A DNA stretch of 62,968 nucleotides, the filler included, from Neolecta irregularis DAH-3 (taxonomy: Eukaryota), in NCBI GenBank assembly GCA_001929475.1. It is 9 parts of 9 records of this genome, joined end to end, with 100 filler letters (N's around TTAATTAATTAA, not from the genome) between each part and the next. Parts side by side here need not be neighbours in the genome. Positions count along the whole stretch, not along the records: positions 1 to 8,180 come from LXFE01004216.1; positions 8,281 to 15,234 come from LXFE01000592.1; 7 more parts are not named here. One strand, given 5' to 3'. The position numbers were made by a program, and so were the translations under genes. The notes below the pieces were generated by a model. It searched no databases and had not been told where the DNA came from. It saw only the letters and a program-made list of their open reading frames with translations. Every line of letters starts with the position of its first letter. The stretch's first letter is position 1. Positions 1 to 9,586 of the stretch are shown one piece after another.

Positions 1-126
1 CTTTCCCAAATGCTGATTGATCACTGTGACGCCAGACAAGTCAGGAGCTCAAGACGGGAGAAAAAAATGCGAGATAGGGGCACAAGACTGGAAAGACAGG
101 AGAGGCGGGCAGGATGGGAGAGGGGC
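1..126. repeat. Dispersed purine-rich repeat, copy 1 (cut by window start and gap)
   Basis: Near-identical to 7086-7210; the only difference seen is an A7 run here versus G6 there. Confidence 0.9.
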
Positions 127-648
127 NNNNNNNNNNTACAAATTTCTAACATTCATCTCGACAGTCAAAAAGATCGTCAAGAGCAAGTTCAAATTTTAAA
201 AGCGTAGATAAATTCAATAGATTGTTGTGCAGTTTTCGATAGAACAAGTGAATCTATGTTGAGGGTTTTTGGCAGATAGTCTCACAGGATCGTTGAGACT
301 GGGTACAGATAGTTATTGGTATTTCTACAAGGGCAATTTAGCCCTCCTTTTAAAGACATTTCTAGCAGAGCTCACATGTGAGACAGCCGGAGCAAATAAA
401 AATGTCAGTTGAGACAAGAGGAGTGACATACGTCTACTGCGACAACAGGAGTCGTGAGCTTTAAAAATATCAGATGAGACAAGAGGAAAGACCGGCATAA
501 GTAAGTCCATTGGCAAAAGAGGAGAGCCCAGAGCAAGCAAAATTGTCACGAACAATCAATATGTTGTCGCAATCCCCAATCTAGGTCAAGCTAGCAGCAG
601 CAGCAATCGCAACAATCCCAACCGCAGTCAGAGTCACAGTTTTGCCTG

Positions 649-1356
649 TGTAGTCCTTCCCGTTGCTCTCTCACTCCCCAGCACATGACTACTTCGACTA
701 CCCCCAGACTCCTATCCCTACCTTTTTCCAACGCTCTCAATGCCCGCCACACCAGGAGCAACTACATAACACAGGACGCCAATAATCATCCTGATAGAAA
801 CCCAGGAGCCCAGGACTCTATGCAAGACATAAACTGGGCTTTCGAGATACTTTCAGATACAGAAAAGAGACGACTATGGGATTGTGGCAGGGCCAACAAA
901 ATCAACAAAATATTAGCATTTTCTACGAGAAACTACTCAACCTTTCTCCCCTCCCTACGTCACCCTTCACCATTCTGACTGGCCTAGAATGATACTGGCG
1001 TACCCTATTTCCTTTTCCTTTTGTCTATTTATCTCTACTTCCAGGGAGGCTGGTAAACTGCTGTGCAGCCTTCTGCCGCTCCCGGGTTTATATCTCTGTC
1101 GCTTTCCGTTTCCGTTATCTCTCCTTCCTCTTTGTACTCCTTCCATTTGATACCGGCCTGCTGCTGGCAGCTATTAAAAGGGCTGGGTTTCTGTATTGTT
1201 AGCTAGCCAATTGTATTAATCCATTTCTAGTCTTGAAGGCCCAAGAGATTGAATGCCTATATATGATCGCGCTCAACAATCAACCATCTATTAATCCTAT
1301 AAACACATGCAACATCTAGCTACACCCTGCGTGCTACATTGGCGACAACAGCAGGA
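649..1356 (+). mobile_element. Putative 5' LTR (649-1338) plus tRNA-Ser-type primer-binding site (1340-1356); internal region absent
   Basis: Termini TGTAG...CTACA are inverted. One nt later TGGCGACAACAGCAGGA is the complement of TCCTGCTGTTGTCG-CCA, matching fungal tRNA-Ser 3' ends. The left boundary is less certain. Confidence 0.6.
685..978 (+). CDS. Degenerate J-domain (DnaJ-like) ORF inside the putative LTR
   Basis: HPD motif and helices III/IV: NHPDRNPGAQDSMQDINWAFEILSDTEKRRLWD. Helices I/II are divergent. Confidence 0.6.
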   Translation: MTTSTTPRLLSLPFSNALNARHTRSNYITQDANNHPDRNPGAQDSMQDINWAFEILSDTEKRRLWDCGRANKINKILAFSTRNYSTFLPSLRHPSPF

Positions 1357-1709
1357 TCTGCGATTCACCAAACCCCATAAAAATTCAATAATTTGCTTTG
1401 GAGACTACTTATGGGAGGCGGATGAAAAGGTGACGACGTAGCTTGCAGAAATTCAGTATTCTGCCTAAAAAATGTTTCCTTCATGAAACTTGAGAATAAT
1501 ACTGTTTCTCGCGGATACACTAGTTCTATTATAAAAATTGAAAAGACAACATGAAAATATATTTCCGAATTCGTAGCAGATACCACCATATACACCCGGC
1601 TCATTCAACGAAAAAGAATGAATGGCAGAAAGAAAACCTCGCTAATAATGCCCAAACGCAACAATAGGGGAGTTAAAAAAATGAGGAAATAAATATAATT
1701 CACAGAATG

Positions 1710-3128
1710 CTACCATCGCTCTATACTCCGTCGAATTCTATCTCGTCCTCCGATACGGTCGAGAACATTGCCTAATATACGATCACTGCCGGCACGACCG
1801 TGTCTTCCTCCTGGGGTTGAGGGGAATGTTCGAAGGAGAGGAGAGCCAGAGCGGCTAGATAGACGACGATCATCAATTGAAGGGGCGAATTCTTCGCGAA
1901 TACTACGGGAGCGAGAGGGTTCAGGGAGTGAGATTCGGGTTGGTGGACGTTCAGAGAGGGAGAGGGAGAGTTCAGTTAGACCTCTACAGATTGTATCTCC
2001 CCGTTTTTTACTCGGCCCACCTTCTTTGGCGAGTTGAATGGCTTCTGAACTGACTGCTTCTAGAGCCCGATAACTTTCTGTGCTTAGCACCATTTTGGCT
2101 TTGATCAAGGCAGCATGCAGCAGGGGATGGGTGTTTGGAGAACCAGAAGAACTTGTCGTTGCTGTTGTTGGTCTTTGTTGGTCAATCTCCAACCTTTTGA
2201 TGCGGGTTTTCAAGTCTTCTAGTTCGTCCCAGACGGTATAAGTAGTACTCGCATTGGAACTCCCATCTTGCGAGCGGCTTTGTCGGGCAAGGTTTGGCTC
2301 TGTTTGGCTTCGCGGGACTCCTAATCTGGTATCTGAAGTCTCGTATTCTGGATAGCAGGGATGGCGACTCGAGGGTCTGTTTTCGGAAAAATGGTGCCGG
2401 GAAGTAGGTCTGTTTTCGTATGGCGAACAGCTGGCTGGTCGTGAGGGTGGATTAGTTTTATCATAGTGTCGTAGAGAACGTGAAGAGTCATCATCTTGTG
2501 GATAATAATTGTTGATTCGTGACTGATTGGTATATCTGCTAGTGGGCCTCTCGAACCGAGAAGAAGGCCGTTCTTCGTACACTGCGATTACTTCATGTCG
2601 AGTTATATTTCCAGAGCCTTCTTGTAGTCTGCGACGATCGGATTTTTTCGGACTTGACGGGGTAAACTTTCTCGGGGTCTCATCAATGTCCGGAAATTGT
2701 TGTTTTCGTGGAGTTGGTAAATCTGACGACGCACTAGCTCGTCGCTCGAGATATTCCATGGTGCGCGCGCGCTCGCGTAACCTCGAATCTGAGTCGGAAG
2801 CGGAGGCCGAAGTAGGATGGAAAGTGGAATTAAGAGGAGGCAGTCTGCCGGTATAGTCTGCCGAATACAAGCCGTCCCTTGGTGAAGCACGGCTACTGGA
2901 TCGGTCTACAAAAGACGATGGAGTTTCAGATGGACATCCTGAGCGGACAGTTCTCCAGGACTCGATGCTACTTTCGTCGAGACCCTTGCGCTGAGACTGC
3001 AAACCCGTCATGATTCCCAGTGACCGGCGGCTGAGGGTCGGCTTGGTTATGGATCCCTTTAGCGGACTCTCCCTCTTTGCAAGACTTAAAAACAAATCCG
3101 CGTCTTCGGTTTCGATGTTCGAAGCCAT
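1710..3128 (-). CDS. Ser/Arg-rich protein with conserved coiled-coil, Mto2/Spa18-like (non-centrosomal MTOC)
   Basis: Long ORF, probable ATG at 3128 (MASNIETED). Motifs TVWDELEDLKTRIKRLE and HPLLHAALIKAK..YRALEA resemble ascomycete Mto2/Spa18 homologues (recalled). Confidence 0.55.
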   Translation of the reverse strand: MASNIETEDADLFLSLAKRESPLKGSITKPTLSRRSLGIMTGLQSQRKGLDESSIESWRTVRSGCPSETPSSFVDRSSSRASPRDGLYSADYTGRLPPLNSTFHPTSASASDSDSRLRERARTMEYLERRASASSDLPTPRKQQFPDIDETPRKFTPSSPKKSDRRRLQEGSGNITRHEVIAVYEERPSSRFERPTSRYTNQSRINNYYPQDDDSSRSLRHYDKTNPPSRPASCSPYENRPTSRHHFSENRPSSRHPCYPEYETSDTRLGVPRSQTEPNLARQSRSQDGSSNASTTYTVWDELEDLKTRIKRLEIDQQRPTTATTSSSGSPNTHPLLHAALIKAKMVLSTESYRALEAVSSEAIQLAKEGGPSKKRGDTICRGLTELSLSLSERPPTRISLPEPSRSRSIREEFAPSIDDRRLSSRSGSPLLRTFPSTPGGRHGRAGSDRILGNVLDRIGGRDRIRRSIERW

Positions 3129-3724
3129 AAGCAGCAGGTGCAAATGCGACTCTGCCGCGGGGCGAAGGAGGGACTGCGCGCAGGTCGGGGAGCAAGAGGG
3201 CAGATCAAAGGGAAGTCGAATTTTTGTGGGTTGTCCTGTTTCTAAAACCCCCAAAGCACCCGCAGTCCACATTACCTTGTATCTGTGGCATCTCGCTACG
3301 GTCACTTTGTTGACTGGGAACAGCCAGGTATACACCAGAATCACCCGCTGCCAAACAGACAGTCTAGAAAACTTGATAAGAATATAGCCGATATGCTGCT
3401 GGGTCAAACAAAAAGCAAGTTTCGTGGGCATGCCCGACGAGCCTGTCTGAGTCTCCACTAGAAGTAAATTAAATATACGTGTCCTTCAAATATCTAAACC
3501 CGCATCCCAAAGTTTGAGAATCTCTGTAAAAGTAGATCCAAGCCGGAATCAAAGGGAATAATATTGTAATTAGTGATTATGAGGATATCGCGACTTTGTT
3601 CCAAGATCTTTAACTTTGCTTTCTAGTATAGAGCAAATTATCCGAGTTGAATCTTTTTATACATTCGGTGTCTAATACTCCAAGTCCTCCAAGTCCACTC
3701 GGGGGGCAACACGTGTCTTCTTTG

Positions 3725-4112
3725 ATGGTCGTCTGTGCCGAGCTGCGGGCACTTGAGCGCGAGTACGCAGCATTTGTCGATGCATTGCACATCACAGGGC
3801 GGTGTACTGCGCGTATCTGCACCCGCGAAGGTATTACAGTGACAGTTGAGGTGTCTGTCGCTGGATGGAGGGTCCGTCTCAAGCACAATTCCCTCAATCT
3901 AACCCTAACCGCCCTCTTAGATCTCTTCTGGCATGCCGCCATCCACCTACGAATCCCCAGAAGCACTGCTAATGGCCATCAGCCCTGCCTTTGCGGCAGC
4001 CTTCAACGACGCGCTCACCGATAGGCTGCTCAGTATCGTATGCCTTTTTTTGCACACGGTCGTTTATGTACAGGCCGCACAGCAGGGAGACGGGCATAGG
4101 CAGCAACGTTGA
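3725..4112 (+). CDS. GSKIP (DUF727) domain protein
   Basis: Removing intron 3872-3920 gives ELRALEREYAAFV...TREGITVTVEVSVAGWR-ISSG...YESPEALLMAISPAFAAAFNDALTDRL, matching the GSKIP pattern. A second intron near 4038-4073 is inferred. Confidence 0.7.
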
Positions 4113-4694
4113 TTGTACAGAATATATGCATCTTTTCTATATAGAGTGCAAGCCTTGTGGCAATCACAATGATTAACTGGCGGGGACATTATTCGAGAGG
4201 ATTGACAAACGAAAAGATGGCATTTGTTGTAAACATCAATTGTTTAGAGATCTTTGAGTTGTGTCCCCTGTCAGGCCGCATTCAGACTGGACTTGTTCCA
4301 GATGTCATTCATTTAACCTCCAATTCCAGTCACCCTAGATCATTACTTACCTAATCTTGGTTAGAACTTGACCTCGCTCTCAAAATAGCAGGTTGCATGT
4401 AAAAAATCGTCACAGATTGCCATTTTCAAACGAAGGCATCTCAAATGACGAACTCCATTGCTCAATTCGAGCATCACCTGAACGACTGTTCTCTTATTTT
4501 TAATATGAAAAGTCGTCGTTCCAGGCAAATACCTTTGTTTGTGGCTGTATGCGATATTTCGCGATGATCGTCCCCCCTTCATGGGAACAGAAAACATTAT
4601 CCTGCTGCACGCGACATTTCACATCAGTCACGCTCCCGAAAGGGTACGGACATAAACACTGCCTTGCCGCAAAATATGTGGTCCACCGCTCCAG

Positions 4695-6312
4695 ATGAAG
4701 AACGTTTCTTGCCTGCTGTGCAGTTTCTGCGCAATAGTGCGGGCCACAACAGTGGCTCCCACAGATACCTATACAACTCCCGCTGCAGTACCAGTTACTA
4801 TTGTCAACGAATTTCCGGTATCGTTGAGTTATACTGCCGCCAATGGGAATACAGAATCTTTGAATACAATGTATACATCTAGTGCGACTAGCATTGTTTA
4901 TGCCATGGTTACGCAAGGGCCAAATGGAATCGTCAATATTGGTTTCCCTACAATTACGACACAAACGTATTTCTCTCCCTTGTTTACTAGTTCTCATTAT
5001 TTGCAGCGCAATATTAAAGGCTGCAGCTACTGCTGGTCCCAACCAAATTATTCAAAACGTTATCGTTGCAGAAACATCGATAATTATCAGTGGAACTAAA
5101 GCAATCATTCCCAAGCAGTCATTCAAGTATCTCGTAAATGTGAATCTTCCATTTGTCCCTGCGTCTCTCGTAGTCCCGTCATCGAAATCGGAGAATACAT
5201 TTACTCTGTCACTATCTTCGTCGAGTGATTCCGTCGTATTGTCTGCAAATGGGTCATCATTAACCACCATCTCCACCCACAAAAACACACCAAGAAGAAA
5301 ATCGCTAGCCGTGTTTGAAATTGATTCGGCAGGGCACCTCATTCTCGCAGATTCAAAGGCCTACGTCTATTTAAATGACGCTTCTCAGTTCAATATAGCT
5401 TCAACTGTCCCACCGGATGGTAAGGCTGTCACTTTTTCAGTGTCGAATGGACTATTGTCGTTTAATGGATCATCGGATTGGTTCGTTGATTGTAATCCGG
5501 AAAATGCACCTGTGACTATCGGATACATTGATGCAAGTATACAATGGCGAGCCGATATCTGCACATTCACGGAGTTGAAAGTCAAGGCTATCAAAATCAT
5601 TTCTTCGTCTACGACTACAAGTTCTTCATCTGCGCTACATACGTCGTCAGTGAAGGTTACACCGCTTCCCTCTCCAGCTGCTGCTCAAAATGTTGTACCA
5701 ACAGTACCCTCAAATCCTACCCCGCAAGAAACAAAGGATGTCCAGCATCAAAATGATTCTCCTCCTGCGCCTCCTGCGGCGCCTCCTGCACCTCCTCCTG
5801 CAGCTCCTCCTGCAGCTCCTCCTGCAGCTCCTCAGGCGGCCTCGCCCTCATCCTCGGGAGGCTCCTTTGATCCATCATCAGTTTCAACAACAGACTCTGG
5901 TTTCGTCTCGCTGATACTCAATGCACACAATGGTTACCGATCTCAGCACGGTGCCTCTGCTCTCACTTATTCGGATGATCTAGCGCAATTTGCTCTGACA
6001 AACGCCCAGACCTGTCAGATGGTTCACACATCCGATGATTCGCACGGCGAGAATCTTGCCAGCGCGACAAACTCTGATCCCGCAGGAATGGTCGGAATGT
6101 GGTACGCTGAAAACACAAACTATGACTACGCCACTGGTTCCAGTATCAACGGCGCCGTCACAGGTCATTTCACGCAACTTGTCTGGAAGTCGACTACCTC
6201 TGTTGGATGTGCCTGGGTTCCCGGCTGTGGAGGCTTGGGTACGAAATTGACTTGTGAGTATTCATCGCCTGGAAATATGGCGGGTCAATATACACAGAAT
6301 GTCTCCCAGTAG
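4695..6312 (+). CDS. Secreted CAP/SCP (PRY-like) protein with long N-terminal region and Pro/Ala linker
   Basis: Signal-like N-terminus; intron about 4967-5006 joins the two ORFs; motifs LNAHNGYRSQHG, HGENLA, GHFTQLVWKSTTSVGCA, CEYSSPGN. Confidence 0.9.
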
Positions 6313-6689
6313 CAATGTGTCCAACCGCCCGCCTGCCAGACAAAGAGTGGTCCGGTGGACCGTTGGGCGGATTGGGTAGAAGGAACAGAGGGATATAGTA
6401 TATGGCAGAGTATATTGTTTCAACTTGCTACATTTCTATTACTCTATTATACTATTCTAATGTACTGTGCTGTCGTTTTTGCCCTTCGGCTAATTAAAGC
6501 CCTTTCCATGAGAAATAATAGCAACCGAAGAAATGGATAGATAGAAATGAATTTATATTAGCAATTTTTGTTATTTTGTGAATGCGGGATTGCAAGGTTC
6601 AAGTCTGAACCACTAAATGTTATCAGCACTCTGTAAATTGGCAATTCCTGCGGCAGGCGGCGGGGTCAGGCGGCCCGTTGAACATACTA
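6313..6689. mobile_element. Non-autonomous hAT-type element (MITE)
   Basis: Degenerate TIRs CAATGTGTCCAA / TTGAACATACTA; 8-bp TSD CCCAGTAG (6305-6312) / CCCAGTAA (6690-6697); interior 6510-6660 aligns to 38784-38905. Confidence 0.75.
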
Positions 6690-7085
6690 CCCAGTAATAT
6701 CGTTGTTTTTTTCGCCTTGTACGTTGTTGGTTGGGATTCACTTATATAATGTCTATTAATGATAATATCTTTCATTACGACTAGTTCTGATTATTGAAAA
6801 CGTACTCATTGAATGACTTTAACGACCGTCTGTTGAGGGCTATTCTTTCAGAATGAATGTACCTCTTTTGAGATACAGATCATGCCCATATAGGTGCCCC
6901 AGGTGGGTTTGCCGGGGTCATTGATGAATGGCAGAGGGGTCAGAGGAGGTGGGTGTGGCAGGATCGGTGGGCAGGGCGGTGACAGGCATAGGAGTGAGAG
7001 GACGTGAGTGGGTGAGGTGGGCAAGGGAGCGCAGGTGTTCTGCAAAGCAGCTGCTGGGCGGAGTTTAGCAGTATAGTAGCTTGAA

Positions 7086-7210
7086 CTTTCCCAAATGCTG
7101 ATTGATCACTGTGACGCCAGACAAGTCAGGAGCTCAAGACGGGAGGGGGGGTGCGAGATAGGGGCACAAGACTGGAAAGACAGGAGAGGCGGGCAGGATG
7201 GGAGAGGGGC
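7086..7210. repeat. Dispersed purine-rich repeat, copy 2 (within a G-rich tract about 6900-7390)
   Basis: Direct match to 1-126. Confidence 0.9.
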
Positions 7211-7699
7211 ATGGGCGGGACAAGGACTAGCGGGACGGGCGGGACGGGAGAGGAGGCACAGGGAGAGACAGGAGAGGAAGGAGGGACTGGTGGGACGGGA
7301 AAGTCTGGCGGGACTGGAAAGGCGAGTGGGACAGGAAAGGCGAGATGCGGAAGGTGGGCCAGGCAGGAGCCCGACGTGGGAGAGACTGACTTTGTTTTAT
7401 TAATCTCTACATATCACATGAATAGAAAGCATACATCAGAAACAACCAAACAATGATGTCTGAAATACGTGATAGATATTCCCAACACAACAAAGTCACT
7501 TAGACAACATGTGTTCTTTGCAAAGCTACATGTATCAAGCAACTTGCACCAGCTTTTGATTTAACTTACCCAACAGGTTGACTGGACGATGTCCAATATC
7601 AGCCATTGAGCATCCCCAGTCCCAGGAATTTCCATCTCCGCAGAGTAATCGTGAGACAAATGGGCGAGTAACGGCAAAGAAAGAAATCAACAGAAACTA

Positions 7700-8180
7700 T
7701 TTTGCCTGATCATTGCCTTGCAGAGTTGCCGATATTGTATAGAACAGTCGTAATATTTGTCTGTGCGTTTGCGTTTTCGATGATGGGAGTTGTAACGTTA
7801 AATATCATGCTGCACTCTCGGCCGCAGCGAGTCAACTGGTCAACAAATCGACGGAGCTGTTCTGCGTTGCAATGACGTTGGCTGTCGAAGATTACAATAG
7901 CCCAGTTGTTTATGACTTTAGGCTGGATTGATTAGGATAACTCAAGGGCTGTAGGAACATACTTTAATGAATCTGATATTTTTGAGATCCCGTTGTGCAT
8001 TATCCCGGATCTGGGCGCATTTGTTGCCAAACTGAACGTCAGGTTTGGGTAAAAGTCGTCCCTGGACAGAGATCATTTTCGTGTTGACTTGCAAGCCATA
8101 CTGGCGAAGCATGGAGTCTCTAGACCAATCGAGTGAGTCGACATTTCTAGAAATCTGGGCTTTTCGATCATTAGGCCTCA
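7700..8180 (-). pseudogene. Argonaute fragment (L2 linker and start of MID), truncated
   Basis: RPNDRKAQI...LDWSRDSMLRQYGLQVNTKMISVQGRLLPKPDVQFG...RDLKNIRFIK, intron 7923-7962, PKVINNWAIVIF...FVDQLTRCGRECSM. In-frame TGA at 7710-7712; no PIWI domain downstream; 5' part runs into a gap. Confidence 0.8.
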
Positions 8181-8224
8181 NNNNNNNNNNNNNNNNNNNN
8201 NNNNNNNNNNNNNNNNNNNNNNNN

Positions 8225-8236
8225 TTAATTAATTAA
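8225..8236. other. Artificial contig linker (stops in all six frames); also at 15279, 21823, 32983, 37956, 56929, 59830, 61850
   Basis: Identical TTAATTAATTAA flanked by N runs at eight sites. Confidence 0.97.
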
Positions 8237-8528
8237 NNNNNNNNNNNNNNNNNNNNNNNNNNNNNNNNNNNNNNNNNNNNAGTACCCTGCTGGAGGATTA
8301 GATGAGGTTTTTGTTGATCCAGCTTTCTGTATTTCTCTACTAGACTTGATTTTGTAATATAAATCAGGTGCCCAGTATTCATTGAATTCTTCCGCTCACA
8401 TCAGTCACATATGATATGACATCATCTTGAATACCATCCACTGGTAATCGAAATGGAATCCAGAAAGAATCCAACTCCCAATTGTGCTAGTATCACATTT
8501 ACATCTCATCGTTGAGCCTCAGATTTAG

Positions 8529-8685
8529 GGCAATGCAGCTGCAGCGATAGTCGTGGATATTGTGGTCTTTTCTCTCGATACCATAAAGACCCACTTTCAG
8601 GTACATGATGGATTTTACCAGAATGGCGCTTTCAACGGGCTATACAGAGGATGTGTAGGCGTTGCGGCTTGTACTGTGCCATCAG
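8529..8685 (+). pseudogene. Mitochondrial carrier fragment, Pet8/SAM-carrier-like
   Basis: AAAIVVDIVVFSLDTIKTHFQVHDGFYQNGAFNGLYRG resembles Pet8 repeat 1, but the PxDxxKxR signature is degraded (P>S, R>H) and the rest of the gene is missing. Confidence 0.7.
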
Positions 8686-8745
8686 GTGTGTTTTTCACAG
8701 ACCTTTTCAAGTCCTTATTCACAGCGTGTTGACGGGCCATGGGCC

Positions 8746-9209
8746 CCTGTCGGTCAGTACTAACAAACAGTCGCAGCCGTCAGAAATTGGTAATAGGCCA
8801 ATAAAATCTAACGAAATCGATTGAAATCGAGATTTTGGTACCGGAAGTAAATGGAGAAACCCCAAAGGACGTTGGGTAGAAGATTCGGTCCGTTGACAAA
8901 TGTCGCATGAACTGACATACTTGAAAACATCTCGAGAAACACCTGGCCGGTAATATTCCTGTCGTAAGGCGAGGTAAGTCTTATCAAAGCCAAAATGACC
9001 ACTTGTGTTAGCTTAATGCCAGAAGTTACAAATAAGACCAGGATACTAAGTGTTGTAACTCTGTATAGGACATACCTAGCCTGAGATTGATTGGGTATAT
9101 CCTTACAACTTGCATCATGAAATGTGTGTAAGAGTTTTTCTCAAATGGTATAATTATGAGGTACACATAATCTTGATCCAACGTAAAGGAGCCCATTGTT
9201 CAAGGTATC
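8746..9209 (-). mobile_element. Ty3/Gypsy integrase relic (H2C2 zinc finger and start of core)
   Basis: NGLLYVGSRLCVPHNYTI*EKLLHTFHDAS//GHFGFDKTYLALRQEYY.PG.SRDVFKYVSSCDICQR...SISLDFIGLLP...LLVLTDR; stop at 9141-9143. Confidence 0.9.
9006..9107. mobile_element. 102-bp solo-LTR-like insertion nested in the integrase
   Basis: TGTTAG...CTTACA termini; exact 5-bp TSD ACTTG at 9001-9005 and 9108-9112; removal restores HDAS-GHFG. Confidence 0.85.
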
Positions 9210-9586
9210 CAGCTATCGAACCTGCAGCAACCCTGCTTAGTTAAAGCTTTCTACTCTCAGGAGTTTATCACGGAATACTCTGGAGAGATGCTGGCACACA
9301 CTAAGGTGGCGACTAGAAACTTTTGGTTTGAGATTTCGGGATAGTATTATGGGGGTTCGGATGCTTGAATTCTATATGCTTCTTACTCATAATCTTGTCT
9401 AGTCTGGGAATCCAGTTTCTTGAACTATGTCGATTAATTTGTCCGTTTTCGTTTGCGGTCGATAGGTTTTGTGAGACACTTGAGGTTCGCTTTGGGGCGA
9501 TTTCCTCAGCATCGCTCCCGATAAACATTTGTGACAACGCCTCTCCTCCTGGTGAATCTTTGGTCGTGCATCTTCAGCTCTTCGTC

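Noticed and set aside
200-420. Zn2Cys6-like remnant on the minus strand (GCLTC...ICTQ)
   Set aside because: Several stops and wrong cysteine spacing; too weak.
8181-8280. Recurrent TTAATTAATTAA palindrome as a biological motif
   Set aside because: Always centred in N runs; it is a scaffolding linker.
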